In this document: in pieces, positions 58,790-64,000 of the stretch
Position numbering within the stretch: the stretch's first letter is position 1
How the letters are laid out: the number at the start of each line of letters is the position of its first letter
DNA from: Podarcis erhardii
Lineage: Eukaryota
NCBI GenBank assembly: GCA_964252035.1
Contig: OZ176212.1
Length of the DNA: 64,000 nucleotides
Strand: one strand, 5' to 3'
Program-made: the position numbers and the translations under genes
Notes under the pieces: model-generated
Databases searched by the model: none
The model's input: only the letters and a program-made list of their open reading frames with translations
What the model was told of the DNA's origin: nothing

Positions 58790-58972
58790 TTTGTAGGAAA
58801 ACCTTCTGCTTTGCATACAGAAGAGCCCCAGGTTCAATCCCTGTTATCTCTAGGTAAGGTTGGGAATATCCCCAGTCTGAAATCCTGGAAAGCCACTGCC
58901 AGTCTGTATAGACAATACTGCACTAGGTGAACTAATGGGTCTACTCAGTGTAAGGAAGCTTCCTGTGTTCCT
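58790..58972 (+). mobile_element. Squam2-like SINE
   Basis: CTGCTTTGCATACAGAAG..CCCAGGTTCAATCCCTG...TAGACAATACTG...GCTTCCTGTGTTCCT; a further tail fragment at 59005-59100. Confidence 0.85.
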
Positions 58973-59854
58973 TTATCCCCCAGTTAAGAGGCAGCTGAAC
59001 AGTGAAGGGTCTCTACTGTGCACTCTGGAAAGCAGCTGCCTGTCAGAGTAGACAGTATTGGGCTATGGGAACCAATGATTTGACTTGGTATAAGCCAGCA
59101 TTTTATATCTGAGATTCAGACCTCACAGAGAAAGATCTGGGAACTCTTTCTTTTTCCTGAGGAGGCAGTGCCTTTCGTCCTGGATTCCTAGGAACGGTAG
59201 GGTTCCTCCGGAGTTTATCAAGGGTTCCTTGCTGAGGAGATCAGTTGACAGTAGCTCAGCTGCCCAGAAGACTTCTTGTCAACCCTTTTGCTGATTGACC
59301 CCCAGCAATGTGCAGCTGTTGGGGGTGGTGTTCTAAGGATCACTCTCAGTATGCGCAAAGTGATGTCATCTCACAGCCGAAGTGCCATAGCTGTGGGTGG
59401 GGTCATCGTTTCAGGTTTTCGGAAGGTAGGGAGAAAATATTCCCGTTGGGGTGGAAAGCAAGATTCACAGTGTAGCTCAAAACCTTGATTTTTTTTGGGG
59501 GGGGGGTATAGGAAGGAAGTCAAGTTTTGAAATGTTAGAATGACTATAAAATTACACTATCAAAATGTATAAACCTGAAAATTATAAATCAATCAATCTT
59601 TGGGATTCTTGGTTTTTGTCCAGCACTCTTGTGTAGAGAGGGTTTGTTGTGGGGGAAAGAGAAAGAGAGCAACCTTGAACCTTGCTGTAAGTCACATCAC
59701 CTTAGAAAAGTAATCCCCAAGCGCATCCACTATTCCTCCCACCTAGTTTGCTTTCTTGCAAAGAGAGAGACGGAAATTCCCCCTTCCTTCTCAGCTGAGC
59801 CTTTTCCACTTTAGCTTGCCAGAAGTAGGTTCTCCATCAGCCCTGACAGACTAT

Positions 59855-60203
59855 GACCACATTCACAACACATAGCTAAGGCACTATGATGCCATTTTAA
59901 ACAGTCATGGCTCCTCCCCCCCAAAAAACAACAACTCAGGGGTCTGTAGTTTGGTATGAGTGCTGAGAGTTGTTAGGAGACCCCTGTTCTCCACTCAAGA
60001 GCTACAGTTTGCAGAGTGGTTTAACCATCAGTCCCTTTTCCCAAAGAACTCTGGGAACTGTAGTTGTCTGAGGGGAATAGGGGTCTTCGCCTAACAACCC
60101 TCTGCATCCCTAATGAACTCCAGATCCCAGAATTCTCTGGGGGAAGCCATAACGGCTTTAAAGAGGTAACATCGTGTTTTTAATGTGTGGTGCGAACATG
60201 GGC
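59855..60203. mobile_element. Family C palindromic MITE, near full length
   Basis: GACCACATTCACA...AAACAGTCATGGCT ... AAGCCATAACGGCTTTAAAG...GTGCGAACATGGGC. Confidence 0.88.
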
Positions 60204-60299
60204 TGAGATGTAAAAATGAGGGAAGGAAGTTACTCCTTCAATTTGATGCGGTTTATGGGATGGGGAAATGAGTACAACGTCTCACTAATGTTCTTTTTA

Positions 60300-60470
60300 A
60301 TTTTATTATAGCACATTCCTACCCTGCCTTGTCCTTCAAGGAGCTCAAGGCAGAATACATGAATCTCTTACCCATCTCCCATTTTACAACAGCCCTGGGA
60401 GGTAGGCTAGGTTGGGATCACCCAGAAAATTTGAATCTGGATTTCTTCGTCCTAGGCCAACACTCTTATG
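60300..60470 (-). mobile_element. Squam3-like SINE, internally deleted
   Basis: CAAGGAGCTCAAGGCAG tail, ACAACAGCCCTGGGAGGTAGGCTAGG, TAGGCCAACACTCT head. Confidence 0.7.
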
Positions 60471-61114
60471 CCTGAGGTGGTTAATGTGCTGACCTTCTGA
60501 GATGACAGTACCCATCAGCCCCAGCCAGCAGGGCCAGCAGTCAGGAATGATAGGAATTGGAGTGCAACAGCATCTACAGGACATTGCGCATAATCTTAAG
60601 ATTTGCTGGCCAGCCTACAGCTGCGCTGGAGAAGCCAGAATTTGTGTCTTCTTTGCAAATGAGGGTGCAGAGGATTTTGTACCTCTTGCAGAGGCTCTTG
60701 ATTTTTGTACAGGTGAAAGAATTTCTTCCCACCTGCCAACACGGATTCAGAGGTATATGCACTGGGGTTCCTCAGCCAATTAATACAAATATGGGTTTGG
60801 GAGGCTAGGAAATCTGAAACTCCCTGCTGGAATGTTGCCATGCTGTCACATGCTGCCTGTGAAGGCACTTGAGAGATGAAGAGGGCAACCTCAGATGTGA
60901 CGATTCTGGGAATAACATCTCTTTGTAGGAAGAAGTGTGCAAATGGCACACTGGCAGTCATGTGATGTTTTGTTCTCACGACTATTTTACTGCACAGGCA
61001 ATGCCTATAAGCAATAACTTTCTTCCTGGTATGTGATTGCTGTATGTATAAGCAGCAAAATGATATGTACTGTCGTCGTGTGTGATAGCTGTGAACGAGA
61101 GCAGGTGTACTGTT

Positions 61115-61295
61115 GTGTTTAAGTGTGTGGTGTTCAGAGCCCTTGGTTTAAATCTCAGCCCAGCTTTAAATTCACTAGGTGTCTTTAGGTAAGCTGCTTT
61201 CTCTCTCTGTCGGCCTCAGTTCTCTATCAGCAACACGTAGATAACAATACAGGCCTACCTTTCCGGGTTGTTGTAAGGCTTACAACAAGTTATTG
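61115..61295 (+). mobile_element. MIR/Ther1-like SINE
   Basis: TGGTTTAAATCTCAGCCC..GCCTCAGTTCTCT..GATAACAATA..CCTACCTTTCCGGGTTGTTGTAAGG. Confidence 0.65.
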
Positions 61296-61322
61296 CCTCA
61301 GTTCTGATGTGGTTCTAAACCT

Positions 61323-61659
61323 TAAAGGTAAAGGTACCCCTGACCGTTAGGTCCAGTCACCGACGACTCTGGGGTTGAGTGCTCATCTCGCTCTATTGGC
61401 CAAGGAAGCCGGCGTTTGTCTGCAGACAGCTTCCAGGTCATGTGGCCAGCATGACTAAGCCGCTTCTGGCGAACCAGAGCAGTGCACGGAAACGCCGTTT
61501 ACCTTCCCGCCGGAGCAGTACCTATTTATCTACTTGCACTTGACGTGCTTTCAAATTGCTAGGTGGGCAGGAGCTGGGACCAAGCAACGGGAGCGCACCC
61601 TGTCATGGGAATTCGAATCGCCGACCTTCTGATTGGCAAGCCCTAGGCTCTGTGGTTTA
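61323..61659 (-). mobile_element. Sauria SINE (lacertid-type subfamily)
   Basis: TAAAGGTAAAGGTACCCCTGACC tail; GGTCATGTGGCCAGCATGACTAAGCCGCTTCTGGCGAACCAGAGC; GAATTCGAATCGCCGACCTTCTGA head. Confidence 0.96.
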
Positions 61660-62002
61660 GTTTAGCACTATTACAAGATCGGACCAAAACAAGCTATGGG
61701 TTTGCACACCCCTCCACTGTGTGGCTTCAAGGAAGAAGTTGGAAGTCACCATTTTGATTACATCCAACAAGGACAAATTGTTTAGTTTACACCATAGTTG
61801 GTGAACAAGCCAGGATTACAAACCATGTTTCAATCCTTGCTTGTTTCAATAAACCATAGTTTAAGCTAACCGTTTTTTCCATTGTTGTAGATAAAAACAA
61901 ACCATGGTTGATTTAAAAATGGAAAGCAATTTCTTCCATTCATCACATGGCTGCAAGGAGGGTGCGTGCATGCCTGATCATTCCAATCCCATTCTGCTAA
62001 AC

Positions 62003-62134
62003 CAAAGATGAGGAATCTGTGGCCCTCCAGATGTTGTTGGATTCCAGTTCCCATTAACCCCAGCCAGCATGACCAGTGATTGATCATGGATGATAGGAGT
62101 TGTAGTCCAGTTACGGTACATCTGTTCCCTACTT
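62003..62134. mobile_element. Family B hAT MITE, degenerate
   Basis: TGTGGCCCTCCAGATGTTGTTGGA...GATGATAGGAGTTGTAGTCCA; similar relics at 60490-60580 and 63121-63235. Confidence 0.7.
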
Positions 62135-63609
62135 CAAAACATACAAAAGTTAGAAATAACAAAACATTAAAATTACCTCAACTTTCTAAGCATCTGGGTT
62201 GAAGCTGAAGTGCCCTTCAGTGATTTGAAACCTAATTTGTGAGGAAAGCCTCCTCCTTACCCAACCCAACCCAACCCAACCCCCTTCATTTCATGATGAT
62301 ATTGCACCTTAGTTTCAAAATGTGTGCATTTCCTCTGGAATTTGGCCTTTTCCACCACTCCAGATTCCACCTTCATATTCACACGAGCCCTTACCACAGA
62401 TTTTGCTGCCAAAATGCGGTTTTTGAAATCCGAAACTGGTTTTACAAAAATGCTTGCGCATTTACACACGTACAAATATGTTCCCTTCTGGAGAGACCCC
62501 CCCTCCCTCCATCTCTCTTCTACACACACAGACACACACACGCCCCTTTAAGGTCAGCATAAGATCATGTGTAGTGAGAGTCCTATTTAAGGAGAACCTA
62601 TTCTTGGATTGAAACTCTCCTCCCCCCTCTATTCCTGACGAACAGCTAAAGCTTCAGCTTGTCTCACCCACTCCCCACTTATCCCTGCGACCCCCCCCCT
62701 TCTCTCTTTTTTAGCGGCTCTATGCTGTACTTGCTGCTTTATAAATCCATCAAAGGAATTTCCCCCCTCAGCCAAGAAAAATGTGACCTACTTTCCGCCT
62801 CTCTAGTCTCCGTCAAAGGCGCAGGCAAACAGCATGGGCAGGAAAGCCTCCATGGTGGGGAGTCATTCTTGCTCCTCAACCTTCGCTCTCAAGCGTGTAT
62901 TTGCTGTCCTGGGGTGTCCTTTTAGAGCCCCGCTGCCTTGTTTCTCTGAGGAAGAGCGTTGTGGCTGTTGGATATTGCCAAAGCTGGCATCAGATTGCAC
63001 CACACTGTGAAGGTTTTTGTGCTGTTTTCTTTTTGCAAGGAATTCTCCCCCACCCCCCAATAAAAAGGAAGGAGAGTGGACTGCAGTGGGAATAGTGGGG
63101 CAGTTTACAGGTACCTACAGCAGGGGTGGGTCAACATTTGGCTCTCCCGATGTTGCTGGACTCAGCTCTCATCAGCTGCAGCCAGCATGGTCAGCGGTCA
63201 TGGATGATGGGAGTTGTAGTCCAACTCCACCCTGACATATAGGAACACATTCCCCTGTTTGTCCCAGGGGCAAAATCTCACCCTGTGCATTTCAAGGCTC
63301 CCATTTGCCCTGCTGCTTTTCTCTGGGGAAACCTGCGGAGCAAGCAGCACTCGGGAAAGTTGTGCGGCACATTTAATACCTCATGGAGCCATGCCTAGAA
63401 AACACGGGGCAAGTGGAAAACTGCTTTCTGGACACGGGACAAGCAGAAGTAGGGACGAGCCCTCAGAGATCATTCTGGCACCTGGATAATAGGACACATG
63501 TCTTTTGAGACAGAAAATTGTGAATCCCACGTTGTGATTCACTGTTATTTTTATTTTTTTTAATGTACTCTTCTGTCATTGCTGCTTCCTTTCCATTTTA
63601 AATCTCTCT

Positions 63610-63740
63610 ATATGCACAATGTCATTGTGGCACAGGTCTTTAAGGGAGCCATTTTACAGATGAGATCAACTGAGGCTGATGGGGAACTGGCTTTCATGGG
63701 GCTACCCGAGGAATTAATGGCTTGTGAGGGATTTGAGCCC
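63610..63740 (-). mobile_element. MIR/Ther1-like SINE
   Basis: CCATTTTACAGATGAGATCAACTGAGGCT core; GGATTTGAGCCCAAG B-box. Confidence 0.65.
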
Positions 63741-64000
63741 AAGTTGCCTCATGGTGCTTGCCCATGAGGACTGAGTATAGATAAATGACTTGCCCATTAA
63801 TCTGCCCTCCCCAAAAAACCCATATATGACTTACCACTTTAAACTCTCAGACTTGTAGAAAGCCTCTCAGTTTGCCACCTGTGACAAATAAGAACCGCTT
63901 CTAGGCTGGGACACTATACACTTGTTCTTTTTTTTTGGCAAATTTTTGTTTATGAGTAGGATTTTGTGGCAAGTGGGTTAGTAAAAATGTTGTAAGCCAT

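Overview
Vertebrate genomic DNA, almost certainly a squamate and probably a lacertid lizard (inferred from lacertid-type Sauria SINEs, Squam3/MIR-like SINEs and squamate MITE families). No protein-coding gene can be supported. The only ORFs with recognisable protein similarity are broken retroelement pieces (L2 RT, CR1 and L1 ORF2 C-termini, Penelope GIY-YIG). A CpG island at ~4.6-5.8 kb carries (GGC)10, (GAG)9 and (CAG)7 repeats and a good + strand splice donor at 5543/5544. I read this as the non-coding first exon of an unidentified + strand gene whose first intron would fill the remaining ~58 kb. Upstream there is a candidate alternative first exon ending in ATG|GTAAGA (2525). The putative intron is a mosaic of L2, CR1, L1 and Penelope-like fragments, several SINE families, Tc1/mariner, hAT and other MITEs (often nested), microsatellites and CpG-retaining patches that look like enhancers. 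The most notable signal is a young fold-back Penelope-like insertion (19815-20044) with 81-bp perfect inverted arms and an intact minimal hammerhead ribozyme motif (19911-19948). Two relatives in the window have lost the motif in different ways. I see no evidence for a wholly new multi-gene system. Repeat family names are from recalled consensus sequences, not from a database search.
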